Source of the DNA: Candidatus Latescibacterota bacterium
GTDB taxonomy: Bacteria > Latescibacterota > UBA2968 > UBA8231
Direction of reading: 5' to 3'
NCBI GenBank assembly: GCA_965223905.1
Contig: CBDCXV010000001.1
Location: 1,536,001-1,600,000, forward strand
Length of the DNA stretch: 64,000 bases
Position numbers and translations under genes: made by a program
Notes under the pieces: model-generated
What the model was told of the DNA's origin: nothing
The model's database searches: none
Seen by the model: the letters and a program-made list of their open reading frames with translations, nothing else
Shown: positions 19,895-29,317 of the stretch, in pieces
Position numbering within the stretch: the stretch's first letter is position 1
Layout: the number at the start of each line of letters is the position of its first letter

Positions 19895-22096
19895 CTATTC
19901 GAGGACCAGCATCTTGCGTCCCTGTATGACCGGACCGGCCTGCAACCGGTAAAAATAGACTCCGTTGGCGACGCGCTCACCGCGATGATCGCGGCCGTCC
20001 CAATGGACCCGGTAGGAGTCGGGGGTCTGCAACTGGTCCACCAGGGTGCGCACCGGCTGCCCGAGGATATTGTAAATCTTCAGTTCCACCGGTCCGGAGA
20101 CTGCCAGCCGGTAGGGGATCCAGGTGCCTGGGTTGAAGGGGTTGGGATAGTTGGCCAACAGTGCTGTCTGCGTAGGAAGAAGCTCCGGGGATGAAAGGAC
20201 AGTGGACACCGGGAATTTGTAGTACGGCGACATGTCCCACAGCAGTATCGTGCCGTCCAGACTGGCACTGGCCAAGGTGGGCTCAACCGGAGAATACGAC
20301 ATGGAATAGATAGACCCCGTATGCCCTTCAAGAGCGGCCTGGGGCTGGCCGCTGACCGCATCCCACAACCGGATCGTCCCATCGTAACTGGAGCCGGCCA
20401 GGATCGAGCCATCTGGAGAATACAATACGGAGCTGACCCCCTCCGGTTGCCCTTCGAGAGTGGCCTTGAGCTGGCCGCTGACCGCACTCCACAACCGAAC
20501 CGAACCGTCGCCACTGCCACTGGCCAAGGTGGATCCATCCGGCGAAAATGCCACGGACCAGACTGTCCCCGTATGTCCTTCGAGGGTGGCCTGGAGCTTA
20601 CCGCTGACCACATTCCACAATCGGACCGTTTTGTCTCGCCTCACACTGGCGGCAAGGGTATGCCCATCCGGGGAAAACGATACGGAAACAACTTCCTCAC
20701 CATGCCCTACGAGGGAGGCCTTGTGCAGCCCGGTAACCGCATCCCACAACCCGATTTCATCCCAACTGCCAACAGCCAGGGTGGCCCCATCCGGTGAAAA
20801 GGCCACGGAATAGGCCCCCGCCGTCGTATTATTCGCCAGCCTCGCCCCCGGGAGGGTGGCCTTGACTTGGCCGCTGACCGCATCCAACAACCAGAGCCCT
20901 TCCCAATCGGCACTGGCAAGGGTGGCCCCATCCGGCGAATACAATACGGAACCGACTGTCCCCGTATGCCCTTCGAGGGTAGCCTGGAGCTGCCCGGTAA
21001 CCGCATCCCACAACCGGATCGAATTATACGTCCGGCTTCCACTGGCGAGAGTGGAGCCATCCGGCGAATACGCAACGGAGAGAACAGCGTCTGTATGCCC
21101 GACAATGGTGGCAATTACTTTGGGGAAAAGCGGAGGTACCTCCCACAATCGGACCGTCTGGTCCAAGCTGGCACTGGCGAGGGTGGAGCCATCCGGCGAA
21201 TACAACAAGCAAGTGGCATGAGGCAAATTCTCGCTGAGGGCCTTGGGCTGCCCGCTGCCCGCATCCCACCACACCACCTTGCCGTCGGCACCGCTACTGA
21301 CCAGGGTAGACCCATCTGGAGAAAACGACACGGAATAGATAGACCCCGTATGCCATTCTAGGGTGGCTTTTTGCTGTCCGCTGCCCGCATACCACAGCAG
21401 AATCATGCCGTCGGAACTGCTACTGGCCAAGGTGGACCCATCCGGCGAATACAACACGTCATAGACCGGACTCCTATGCCCTTCTAGGGTGGCCTTTTGC
21501 TGTCCGCTAACCGCATCCCACAACCGCACCGTCTGGTCGAAACTGCCACTGGCCAAGGTGGACCCATCGGGCGAAAACGACACGGAACCGACTGCCGCCT
21601 TATGCCCTTCTAGGGTGGCCTTTTGCTGCCCGCTGACCGCATCCCACAACCGGACCGTTTGGTCCCAACTGCCACTGGCCAGGGTGGATCCATCCGGCGA
21701 AAACGACACGGAACTGACTGCCGCCTCATGCCCTTCTAGGGTGGCCTTTTGCTGCCCGCTGACCACATCCCACAATAGGATTTTCAGCCCAGTGCCGGCC
21801 AGGGTGGTCCCATCCGGCGAAAACAACACGGAACCGACTGCCCCCGGGAGCAGGGCGACTTCCGCGCGGGTGTGGGCATCGTAGAGCCAGATACCGATGG
21901 TGCCGGCCACCGCGAGCCGTGTGCCATCGGGCGAATAGGCCACCGCCCGGCTGTGGGAACTGATGCTTCCTTTGCCTAGGCGGGCGATAGCGCCATCGGG
22001 CAAACTCCAGCGGGTATGATTTTGGGCGCCGCTGGCATGCACACAGAGGACGGAAAAGAACAGAATGGTGAGACTGAAAAAACCGGGATTGCTCAT
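19895..22096 (-). CDS. Secreted WD40-repeat protein with C-terminal FlgD-Ig/T9SS-like domain
   Basis: Signal peptide; more than 12 repeats of LEGH...V.SV.FSPDG.TLASGS.D.TVRLWD; C-terminus NYPNPFNP...WDGRD..G...GVYFYRL...RKMLVLE. Confidence 0.9.
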   Translation of the reverse strand: MSNPGFFSLTILFFSVLCVHASGAQNHTRWSLPDGAIARLGKGSISSHSRAVAYSPDGTRLAVAGTIGIWLYDAHTRAEVALLPGAVGSVLFSPDGTTLAGTGLKILLWDVVSGQQKATLEGHEAAVSSVSFSPDGSTLASGSWDQTVRLWDAVSGQQKATLEGHKAAVGSVSFSPDGSTLASGSFDQTVRLWDAVSGQQKATLEGHRSPVYDVLYSPDGSTLASSSSDGMILLWYAGSGQQKATLEWHTGSIYSVSFSPDGSTLVSSGADGKVVWWDAGSGQPKALSENLPHATCLLYSPDGSTLASASLDQTVRLWEVPPLFPKVIATIVGHTDAVLSVAYSPDGSTLASGSRTYNSIRLWDAVTGQLQATLEGHTGTVGSVLYSPDGATLASADWEGLWLLDAVSGQVKATLPGARLANNTTAGAYSVAFSPDGATLAVGSWDEIGLWDAVTGLHKASLVGHGEEVVSVSFSPDGHTLAASVRRDKTVRLWNVVSGKLQATLEGHTGTVWSVAFSPDGSTLASGSGDGSVRLWSAVSGQLKATLEGQPEGVSSVLYSPDGSILAGSSYDGTIRLWDAVSGQPQAALEGHTGSIYSMSYSPVEPTLASASLDGTILLWDMSPYYKFPVSTVLSSPELLPTQTALLANYPNPFNPGTWIPYRLAVSGPVELKIYNILGQPVRTLVDQLQTPDSYRVHWDGRDHRGERVANGVYFYRLQAGPVIQGRKMLVLE
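21352..21780 (-). repeat. Near-identical 126-bp tandem WD40 coding units
   Basis: GCCCTTCTAGGGTGGCCTTTTGCTG at 21478, 21604 and 21730, with a variant at 21352; exact 126-bp period. Confidence 0.9.
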
Positions 22097-22283
22097 CCGG
22101 ACTTCCCTTTGCTTTACGCAGCTATAACCGCTTACAGCTTTCCCTCGGTACCGGTTTGGAAAAAGAAATGATGTACGGGGGTACTTTCGTCATCGCCTGA
22201 TCAAGACTAGGGCGGGGCACTGCGCCTTGTTCAGGACAGCGGAGCCGGCTGGAAGTCAGGTGGGGCAACAAGAAAACCGCCCG

Positions 22284-22718
22284 TTACGCCGCGCGCGACT
22301 CCACGATGAGTTCTTGGCCGGGGGCTCGCAGGGCTTTGTGGATTCGGTTGGCTGCGGTGTGTTGGCGCGGATCGAGTATGCGCCGCACGACCTTTTCGTC
22401 GACCCCGAGGCGGCGAGCGAAAGCAAGACGCGAAAGTCCGCTGGCTCGGAACGCGAGGGCGAAGGCAGCCTTCGCAGCCATGTCCGGGGGCACCGCGATG
22501 AGCTGCTCGCCGGCACGTCGCGGGCTTGGCACCGGAATGGGTTCCCCGTCGTCGATGCGGCCCGCAACCGTTTCCTCGAGCGCGTCGCGAGCCTCCATGA
22601 ACGACGAGTCCTTGTCGGCGCCGGATGTGAGACATTCCGGAAAGTCCCGGAACGAGACGATGATCGCCCCTGAGCGATCGGGATCGAACCTGGCGGGATA
22701 GCAGAATTGCATGACCAT
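22284..22718 (-). CDS. hicB: HicB family antitoxin with C-terminal HTH
   Basis: YPARF...VSFRDFPECLTSG...ARDAL...GEPIPVPS plus HTH (FARRLGVDEKVVRRILDP); AGGAAGGAG RBS. Confidence 0.85.
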   Translation of the reverse strand: MVMQFCYPARFDPDRSGAIIVSFRDFPECLTSGADKDSSFMEARDALEETVAGRIDDGEPIPVPSPRRAGEQLIAVPPDMAAKAAFALAFRASGLSRLAFARRLGVDEKVVRRILDPRQHTAANRIHKALRAPGQELIVESRAA

Positions 22719-22730
22719 CTCCTTCCTGGT

Positions 22731-22799
22731 TCAACGGAAGTCGCTGCGTTCGAGGCCAAGCTGACGGATCATGGCGGAGAGAAGGCTACCGAGATTCAC
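22731..22799 (-). pseudogene. C-terminal remnant of HicA toxin
   Basis: LGSLLSAMIRQLGLERSDF* resembles the HicA terminal helix and sits directly upstream of hicB; the G-S-H catalytic N-terminal part is absent. Confidence 0.6.
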
Positions 22800-23473
22800 C
22801 CGCCCGCCCGCTGGTGCAGCCGCAGCAGGTCGGCGTTGCTGTGGAACGGCTGGTACTTCTCCACGAACTCGGCCAGGGTCTCCTTCACGGTCGCGGTCGA
22901 GGTGTCGAGGACGATCCGCTTGCGGATCAGCGAGGCCTCGAACTCCTCCTCGAACCGCGCCAGCACGTGCTCGACGTCCTCGTCCCGGACGATCTGGTGG
23001 GTGTGCGGCGCCTCCTGCATGCGTCGGCGGATCACCGCCGGGTCCGCCTTGAACAGCACCAGCACGGTGTCCGGGGCCTCCTGCAGCATCTTTGCCTCGA
23101 ATAAGCGGGCCATCTCGGTGCGCTGGCCCTCCGGGCTGCGCTGCGGCGACTGGCTGTCGGGGCCGCCGTACCCGTAGTAGAGCGGCGCGTACACCGCCTC
23201 CTCGATCACGAACCCCATGAGGTTGTGGTCGGGGGCGCCGTAGAAGCCGGGGTCGAGGTGGTAGGTCAGCGAGAAGCGCTGGAACATCTCGAGGAACTGG
23301 GGGTGCGCGTTCTTCGCCGATTCCTGGGCTTCGGGAGTCAGCTCGCTCGAGGGGATGCTGAAGTGGTCGTGGAAATGGCTGGCGCCGCCCAGGGTCTGCT
23401 CCGCCCACTCCATCACTTCCGCGGCCAGCGTCGATTTGCCGGTGTACTCGCTGCCGACGAAGACAAGGTTCAC
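22796..23473 (-). CDS. P-loop nucleoside/nucleotide kinase-like protein
   Basis: GTG start overlaps the upstream stop (GTGA); VFVGSEYTGKST Walker A. Confidence 0.7.
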   Translation of the reverse strand: MNLVFVGSEYTGKSTLAAEVMEWAEQTLGGASHFHDHFSIPSSELTPEAQESAKNAHPQFLEMFQRFSLTYHLDPGFYGAPDHNLMGFVIEEAVYAPLYYGYGGPDSQSPQRSPEGQRTEMARLFEAKMLQEAPDTVLVLFKADPAVIRRRMQEAPHTHQIVRDEDVEHVLARFEEEFEASLIRKRIVLDTSTATVKETLAEFVEKYQPFHSNADLLRLHQRAGG

Positions 23474-24306
23474 GGGTTGCTCCTTTCGCTTTTCGCTGCT
23501 GCCGAATGGTTGTCGACGACCGCCCTCGATTCCGCGAGGGCGTTTCCGTACCCGGCGGTGACGGCGCGCAGCTCGTGGCAGCAGTTGAGCCAGCGCACCC
23601 CGCGTTTCACGACTTCGGCCATCTCCGCGCCCGGGTCGACCGCGGTGCCCATCACCTTGCCGTTTGCCCGGCAGGCGGCGCCGACGCGCTCGTAGGCGGC
23701 CAGCACCGGGGCGTGCAGGTGCGGCTTTCCCGGCTCGCGGATGGTGCCGCAGCTGTGGGAGAGATCTCCGGGCCCGACGAACAGCAGGTCGATCCCGGGG
23801 ACCGCGGCGATCTCCTCGACCACCTCCACCCCTTCCGCATCCTCGATCATCACCCCGAGCAGCGTCTGCTCGTTGGCGCGGTCGAGGTACTCGGCGGTAT
23901 CGTCGGCGCCGTAGCGGGAGTCGCGGCCGCCGCCCATGCCGCGCAGGCCGAGCGGCTGAAACTTCCCCATGCTGACGAACCGGCGCGCCTCCTCGGCGCT
24001 GCGGCAGTGCGGCCAGATCAGGCCGGCGGCACCGAGCTCGAGCGGTTTGATCACCTGGTTGTACGGCCCCTTCGGTATGCGCACGAAGAGGTCGAGGCCG
24101 ACAGTGCGCGCCGCCAGGATCATCGACGACAGCTTGTCGAGGCTGGCGTGGGAGTGCTCCATGTCGACCCAGGCGCAGCGGTACCCGGCCTCGGCGATCA
24201 GCTCGATGACCACCGGATCGAAAATCCGGTTGATCTCGGGGACGAAGACGGTCTCGCCGCGGGCGGCGGCCGCCTTGGTTCTGTTGGTCCGGTCCAGTTG
24301 TTCCAT
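23470..24306 (-). CDS. HpcH/HpaI aldolase family protein
   Basis: WVDMEHS, VRIP, VMIED and LFVGPGDLS motifs. Confidence 0.9.
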   Translation of the reverse strand: MEQLDRTNRTKAAAARGETVFVPEINRIFDPVVIELIAEAGYRCAWVDMEHSHASLDKLSSMILAARTVGLDLFVRIPKGPYNQVIKPLELGAAGLIWPHCRSAEEARRFVSMGKFQPLGLRGMGGGRDSRYGADDTAEYLDRANEQTLLGVMIEDAEGVEVVEEIAAVPGIDLLFVGPGDLSHSCGTIREPGKPHLHAPVLAAYERVGAACRANGKVMGTAVDPGAEMAEVVKRGVRWLNCCHELRAVTAGYGNALAESRAVVDNHSAAAKSERSNP

Positions 24307-24318
24307 GATCGATCCTCC

Positions 24319-25491
24319 TCAACCCGCCGCGGCCGCGGCGACGGCGTCGAATTTCGGCATCACCTCCCTGCCGAACCACTCGATGTTGCGCCTGAGCACG
24401 CTCGGCGGAATCGCCAGGGCCCCGGCTCCCACCGAGACCCGCCGCAGCCCGGGCAGCCGCTCCTGGTAGTCGCAGATCCGTTCGTACACCAGCTCCGGCG
24501 GCCCGCAGATCCAGGCGCCGTCGCGCTGCAGGTCGCGCACCGTCGGCAGGCCCGCGTTCGGGGCTTCCTGCGGATCGTAGGTCGCCAGGATCTGCTCCCG
24601 CTTGAGGAACGGCATCCTGCCGAGGGGCGACAGCACCTTGAGCTGCTCCTCGAACCAGACCTCGGCCTCGGCGATCGCCTCCTCCTCGGTGTCGCCGAGC
24701 ATCACCTGCAGCACCAGCGCCAGGTCCTCGCCGAGCTCGGTGTCGCGGCCGCGCTCGGCGTGCGCCGCCTGCCACTTGCGGGCGATCTCGTCGACGCGCC
24801 CGCCTCCCGGGACGACCCCCTTGATTCCGTGTTTCATCATGAAGTCGATGCCGCGCGGGCTGACGCTGAAGATCGGCTGCCAGCACTCGACCGGCAGGGT
24901 CCGCGGGCGCGGGACCAGGGTGAGCTCTTCCAGCTCCTGTTCGCGGTAGATGACCCTCGGCGGGATGTCGAAGTGCCTGCCCCGGTGCGAGAAGCTCTGC
25001 TCGTTCCAGGCATTGAAGATGACGTCGACCTGTTCCTCGAAGCGCACGCGGTTGGCCTCGTCGTCGTCGAGGGGGGACCCCAGGGTCTCGACCTCGCGGT
25101 TGATGTAGCCGCGGCCGATGCCGAAGCGCACCCGGCCCTCGGTGAGGATGTCGGCTGCGGCGAAGTCCTCGGCCAGCCGCAGCGGGTGCCAGGCCGGCAC
25201 CGTGTTGAACATCGCTCCGAACTTGAGCCGCTCCGTCTTGCCGGCGAGCCAGACGCTGAGCAGCGGGATGTTGCCGATGCCGCCGTACCCCTCGCGCTGG
25301 AAATGGTGCTCGGCCAGCCACAGGGTGTCGTAGTTCAGCGGCTCCATCAGCTGCGCCATGGACAGGGCTTCGTCGAACACGGTCGCCAGGTGCCCGTCGC
25401 TCTCGATGCGGTCGTCGACGCGGCGGCCGGCGAACCCCATGTCCGTCATCTCGACGTGGCCGCCGAAGAAATAGTCGAAGGATTCGATCAT
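24319..25491 (-). CDS. LLM-class (luciferase-like) flavin-dependent oxidoreductase
   Basis: WLAEHHF, HPLRLAED and GRVRFGIGRG motifs. Confidence 0.9.
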   Translation of the reverse strand: MIESFDYFFGGHVEMTDMGFAGRRVDDRIESDGHLATVFDEALSMAQLMEPLNYDTLWLAEHHFQREGYGGIGNIPLLSVWLAGKTERLKFGAMFNTVPAWHPLRLAEDFAAADILTEGRVRFGIGRGYINREVETLGSPLDDDEANRVRFEEQVDVIFNAWNEQSFSHRGRHFDIPPRVIYREQELEELTLVPRPRTLPVECWQPIFSVSPRGIDFMMKHGIKGVVPGGGRVDEIARKWQAAHAERGRDTELGEDLALVLQVMLGDTEEEAIAEAEVWFEEQLKVLSPLGRMPFLKREQILATYDPQEAPNAGLPTVRDLQRDGAWICGPPELVYERICDYQERLPGLRRVSVGAGALAIPPSVLRRNIEWFGREVMPKFDAVAAAAAG

Positions 25492-25841
25492 CCGTTACCT
25501 CTGTGGATTGGCTGTTTCCGTTTCAGTGCCGGGTGATCCGCGGGGCTATGTCCTGCCATTGCATCAAGGGGCCGCTCACTGCCGCCTGCAAGGCGGGCGG
25601 TGGCCATGAATTCGGCCGCCGGAATGCGGTCCCAATTCTCCGGGGGATTGCGGCTCGGGCGGGTTCCCTGTTGAAGCGTCGAGGGTTTGAGGCATCCCAT
25701 GGCGAATCGACCCTCAGCCGCGGCAAGTCCCGGCCGCGACAGCTCCCGCCGGGGTAGCAGGGTCGGCGACTGATGCCTGGGCGCGTAAGCTGGCGTTTGA
25801 GCGAGGGCGGCCGAATTGACGCGGAATTGCGCGCGCAGGCA

Positions 25842-26657
25842 CTACGCTACCAGGTGCCGCACCAGCGGCTTCACCTCTTCGGGCAGCCGCTCGTACACCT
25901 CCGGCCGCACACCGGGGGTGATGTTCGGCTTGCCCTCCGTCTCGACCACCATGCGGACGAAATCGGGGGAGCCCTCCCGCGTCGGCTCGATGCTGAGCCA
26001 CCAGGGCAGGTAGCCGACGTTCATCGCCACCCGCGGCTCGTCGCTCAGGTTGCGGGCGACGCAGTGCCACAGGCGGCTGTCGAACAGCATGACGCTGCCG
26101 GGGCCTCCGGATATCTGCAGCTCCGAGGGATGCGGCTGCTCGCGGTCGAACACCCCGTCCCCGCCGGAAGGGTTGTTGCGGGCGCGGTGGCTGCCGGGAA
26201 CCACCAGCGTGCCCCCGGTCAGCGGCGAGAACTCCGACAGCATCCAGAGCGAAGACAGCTTCAGCACCTCGTCGGGGTACGGCGCCGGGATGTGGGCGGC
26301 GTTGGTCTGGTTGTAGGGCCAGTCGGCGTGCCAGTAGGCGCGGTCGTTGCCCGGATAGTTGACCAGCCCCGCGGTGTTGCTCAGGCGCACCCAGTCGCCG
26401 AACAGCGTCCCGGCGATCGCCATGATCCGCGGCTCGGCGAGCCAGGGGGCCGCCGACTGGTCGAGGTTGAGCAGCCCCGGGACCGCCTGCACCCCCAGCG
26501 CGTTGAGGCGATGCCCCTGGGCGCGCACCGCCGCGGCCAGCACCGCGTCGCGCACGGCGCCGACTTCGGCGGCCGGGATCACTTTCTCGATGATGCAGAA
26601 CCCCTCGACCTCGAGGCGGGCGAGGTGGCGCTCGATCTCCCCGGCGCGGTCGCTCAC
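25842..26657 (-). CDS. Phytanoyl-CoA dioxygenase (PhyH) family protein
   Basis: WHAD, GGTLVVPGSH and GSVMLFDSRLWH motifs (HxD...H triad). Confidence 0.9.
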   Translation of the reverse strand: MSDRAGEIERHLARLEVEGFCIIEKVIPAAEVGAVRDAVLAAAVRAQGHRLNALGVQAVPGLLNLDQSAAPWLAEPRIMAIAGTLFGDWVRLSNTAGLVNYPGNDRAYWHADWPYNQTNAAHIPAPYPDEVLKLSSLWMLSEFSPLTGGTLVVPGSHRARNNPSGGDGVFDREQPHPSELQISGGPGSVMLFDSRLWHCVARNLSDEPRVAMNVGYLPWWLSIEPTREGSPDFVRMVVETEGKPNITPGVRPEVYERLPEEVKPLVRHLVA

Positions 26658-26857
26658 GATTTCCCGCGCTGCAGGGCCGCGGTCCCCAGGCGGATGGCCC
26701 CGTCGATGGCGAACCAGGTTGCCAGGAAGGCGACGGTCTCGAGCGCGAAGCTGTGGAGCTTGTAGAACGTCTCGGCGATGACGAAGGAGAGGGTGAAGGC
26801 GGGCAGTTGCTGCAGCAGCAGTTGCCGCAGCGGCAGGAGCTGGATCAGCGTGAACAT
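26654..26857 (-). CDS. Small membrane protein
   Basis: 67 aa with two hydrophobic helices; GGGAGA RBS; 4-bp overlap with the PhyH gene. Confidence 0.65.
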   Translation of the reverse strand: MFTLIQLLPLRQLLLQQLPAFTLSFVIAETFYKLHSFALETVAFLATWFAIDGAIRLGTAALQRGKS

Positions 26858-26897
26858 GGTTTTCTCCCGAATGAGTGTGTGATGCTGCTATATGCTG

Positions 26898-28835
26898 CTA
26901 CTGGTTCTCTTCGATGACGACCGTCTGGTTGCATTCGACTCCGGCGAGCGACTGCTTCCCTCCGCCCGGCCAGGTCACCTCGACGAGGTCGACCCTGCCG
27001 GCGTCACCGAGGCCAAAATAGAGCGGCAGGCTGCTCTGTGACAGGTATCCCGACTGCCCGTCGTTGACCTTGGTGTAGCGTCTGCCCCCGGCGGTGACCT
27101 CGACCCTGGCGCCGAGGCCGTCGCGGTTGGAGCTGCGGCCCTGCAGGCGCACCCCGAGGTAGCGAATGCTCCTGCGCTCGGACAGGTCGCTGACCAGCAC
27201 CATCGGCCTGTCGTTGAACTCGTTGGTGACGATGTCGAGATCCCCGTCGCCGTCGAAGTCGAAGATCGCCGACGAGCGCGTGCCGACCGCGGCCCAGACC
27301 TCGAACTCCCCCACCTGTCCCTCGCAGTGCTGGTGCCCGGCGTCGGCCCCGCCGCAGTCGAGGTAGAACCAGGGCTTCGAGGTTACGCCTGCCTTGCGGG
27401 GCTCGACGCCGAGCAGGTACTCGCTGTCGAGAAACCCGGAGCCCCGGTTGTTGATCAGCACGGTGTTGACCCCGTAGCGGAACGGGTAGTTCATGCTCGA
27501 GGCGAGGAAGACGTCCTCGAAGCCGTCGGCGTTCAGGTCGCCGGTGCTCAGGCCCCAGGGCCAGTAGTTCTCGGCGCCGGCCGCGTCGGAGATCTCCTCG
27601 TAGCTGCCGGGGCCGGTCTTCCTGTAGAAGGCGTTGCCGTAAAGGCTCATGCCCCCGCTGACGAGGAAGGATTCGGGGAACTGTATGCTCGCCTTCCACT
27701 TCTCGTCCCAGGGCCCGACCTCGGCGCTCATGTCGGAGTGCATGTCGCTTATGAAGAGGTCGAGCAGGCCGTCGTTGTCGTAGTCGAAGACCTTGACGCC
27801 CATCGAGCCCCACGGTGTGCGCGGGAAGAGCTCGCGGCTTTTCCTGACGAACCGCTTTCCCTGGCGGTTCTCGAAGTACTCGTCGTGGCCCTGCATGTCG
27901 AGCACGTAGAGGTCGATCCAGCCGTCCTCGTCGGCATCGATCGGCGTCGCCGCTCCCGACCAGCTCGAGTCGGCCAGCCCCATCGCCGAGGTGACGTCCT
28001 CGAACGCGGAGCCCGCCTTGTTCCTGTACAGAATGGAGGGCTCGTTCCGCTCCGGTTTGAGGTGCCCGGCAAAGGCGTCCGGGTGGGCCTCGAAGTAACT
28101 GTATTCTCCCGGCGTGGCGGGGTGCAGGGCATCGAGGGGAGCGGTGACGACGGTTTCCGTGGTGAACACGCCGACGTTGGCGACGAACAGATCGAGCATG
28201 CCGTCGAGGTCGTAGTCGAAGAACACCGCGGCCGAGGAGTGGCCTTCGTACTCCATGCCCGCCCGCCGGGTGACGTCGGCGAACTCTGCCTGTCCGCCGT
28301 TCTCGAACAGGTAGTTGCCGCCCCGGACAGTGGTCGCGAACAGGTCGGGGTCGCCGTCGTTGTCGACGTCGGCGAAGGAGGCGGCCACCCCGATCGCCTG
28401 CGACAGGGCCAGGACTTCCGAAGGGACCGCCTCGAAGCGTCCGGAGCCGGCGTTGCGCCACAGCTCGTTGGCCGCGGCCATGTTGGAGAAGTAGATGTCG
28501 GGGCGGCCGTCGCCGTCGGCGTCGGCGACCGCAATGCCGTTGCCGTGGTCGTAGTGGGAGGCCTTGTAGCGCTTGCCGGTGTCGCTGGGGGAGACGTTGG
28601 CAAAGGTGATCCCGGTCTCTTCCCGGCGGTCGGCGAAGCTGAAATCGATGTATGCGTCGAACCGTTCCCGGCTCTCCAGCTGGCGCGCCCGGCGGCTCTC
28701 GACCCACTCGGGGGCTGCGACCTCCGGGGGGTAGGGGACCACGGTGCGCTCCGCCGCCCGGGTGGACCCGGCGAGGAGGGGGGGCGACAGGATGGCGAGG
28801 ATTCCCCATTTCCAATAGATGAACCGGATGCTCAT
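26898..28835 (-). CDS. CRTAC1 family protein (FG-GAP/VCBS repeats plus ASPIC/UnbV)
   Basis: Repeated DxDxDGxxD motifs; C-terminal SNRDGLGARV...SGYLSQS..PLYFGLG; signal peptide from MSIRF. Confidence 0.88.
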   Translation of the reverse strand: MSIRFIYWKWGILAILSPPLLAGSTRAAERTVVPYPPEVAAPEWVESRRARQLESRERFDAYIDFSFADRREETGITFANVSPSDTGKRYKASHYDHGNGIAVADADGDGRPDIYFSNMAAANELWRNAGSGRFEAVPSEVLALSQAIGVAASFADVDNDGDPDLFATTVRGGNYLFENGGQAEFADVTRRAGMEYEGHSSAAVFFDYDLDGMLDLFVANVGVFTTETVVTAPLDALHPATPGEYSYFEAHPDAFAGHLKPERNEPSILYRNKAGSAFEDVTSAMGLADSSWSGAATPIDADEDGWIDLYVLDMQGHDEYFENRQGKRFVRKSRELFPRTPWGSMGVKVFDYDNDGLLDLFISDMHSDMSAEVGPWDEKWKASIQFPESFLVSGGMSLYGNAFYRKTGPGSYEEISDAAGAENYWPWGLSTGDLNADGFEDVFLASSMNYPFRYGVNTVLINNRGSGFLDSEYLLGVEPRKAGVTSKPWFYLDCGGADAGHQHCEGQVGEFEVWAAVGTRSSAIFDFDGDGDLDIVTNEFNDRPMVLVSDLSERRSIRYLGVRLQGRSSNRDGLGARVEVTAGGRRYTKVNDGQSGYLSQSSLPLYFGLGDAGRVDLVEVTWPGGGKQSLAGVECNQTVVIEENQ

Positions 28836-29317
28836 TGCGCCTCCCCCTCCTCGGCGGCGCGCCGCATCCAGTCGTCGAAGTCCCGCTGCGAGTGCACGTA
28901 CAGGGTTCCCAACAGGGAGTCGTGGCTGAAGCCGCACATCTGGTCTCCTTCGAGCCGGTAGTTCTTTTCCATGTCCACTTTCAGGGAGAGTGAAAACCAG
29001 AGATCCGGGACCGCCACCTGCGACAGCCCGAGCTCGGGGAGGGCGAACAAGTAGAGGAAATCCGCGCTGGTCAACCTGATCTCCGCGGCTTCGCCGGCAG
29101 GCAGGTGCAGGTCGCTCACCGCGGTGACGTCGTCCCGGGTGTGCAGCACCCCGTCCGGCCCGGGGTAACGCAGATACCAGTAGTAGTCGTCGCCGGTCAC
29201 CTCGACCACCAGCGGCGGCCGCTCCTCCTGCTGGCAGGCGGCCAGCAGCAAGGGGATGATCCACGGCAGCGGGCTCTTCCGGTTCGTCAAGCCAGCCTTT
29301 TGCGCTTCTGCAGGCAC
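28832..29317 (-). CDS. Cytochrome c oxidase subunit II-like cupredoxin lipoprotein with degenerate CuA site; start uncertain (29317 or 29290)
   Basis: Lipobox LLAAC; VEVTG..YYW..RYPGPDG, LHLP, LTSAD and MCGFSH motifs. Confidence 0.7.
   Translation of the reverse strand: MPAEAQKAGLTNRKSPLPWIIPLLLAACQQEERPPLVVEVTGDDYYWYLRYPGPDGVLHTRDDVTAVSDLHLPAGEAAEIRLTSADFLYLFALPELGLSQVAVPDLWFSLSLKVDMEKNYRLEGDQMCGFSHDSLLGTLYVHSQRDFDDWMRRAAEEGEAQ

Noticed and set aside
20230-21950. Regular repeats as a possible CRISPR array
   Set aside because: The period is 126 bp, in frame, and encodes WD40 units; there are no unique spacers or cas genes.
22796-25321. 841-aa minus-strand ORF
   Set aside because: Only the last 225 aa (kinase-like) look real; the rest is an Arg/Gly/Ala-rich shadow frame over the LLM and aldolase genes.
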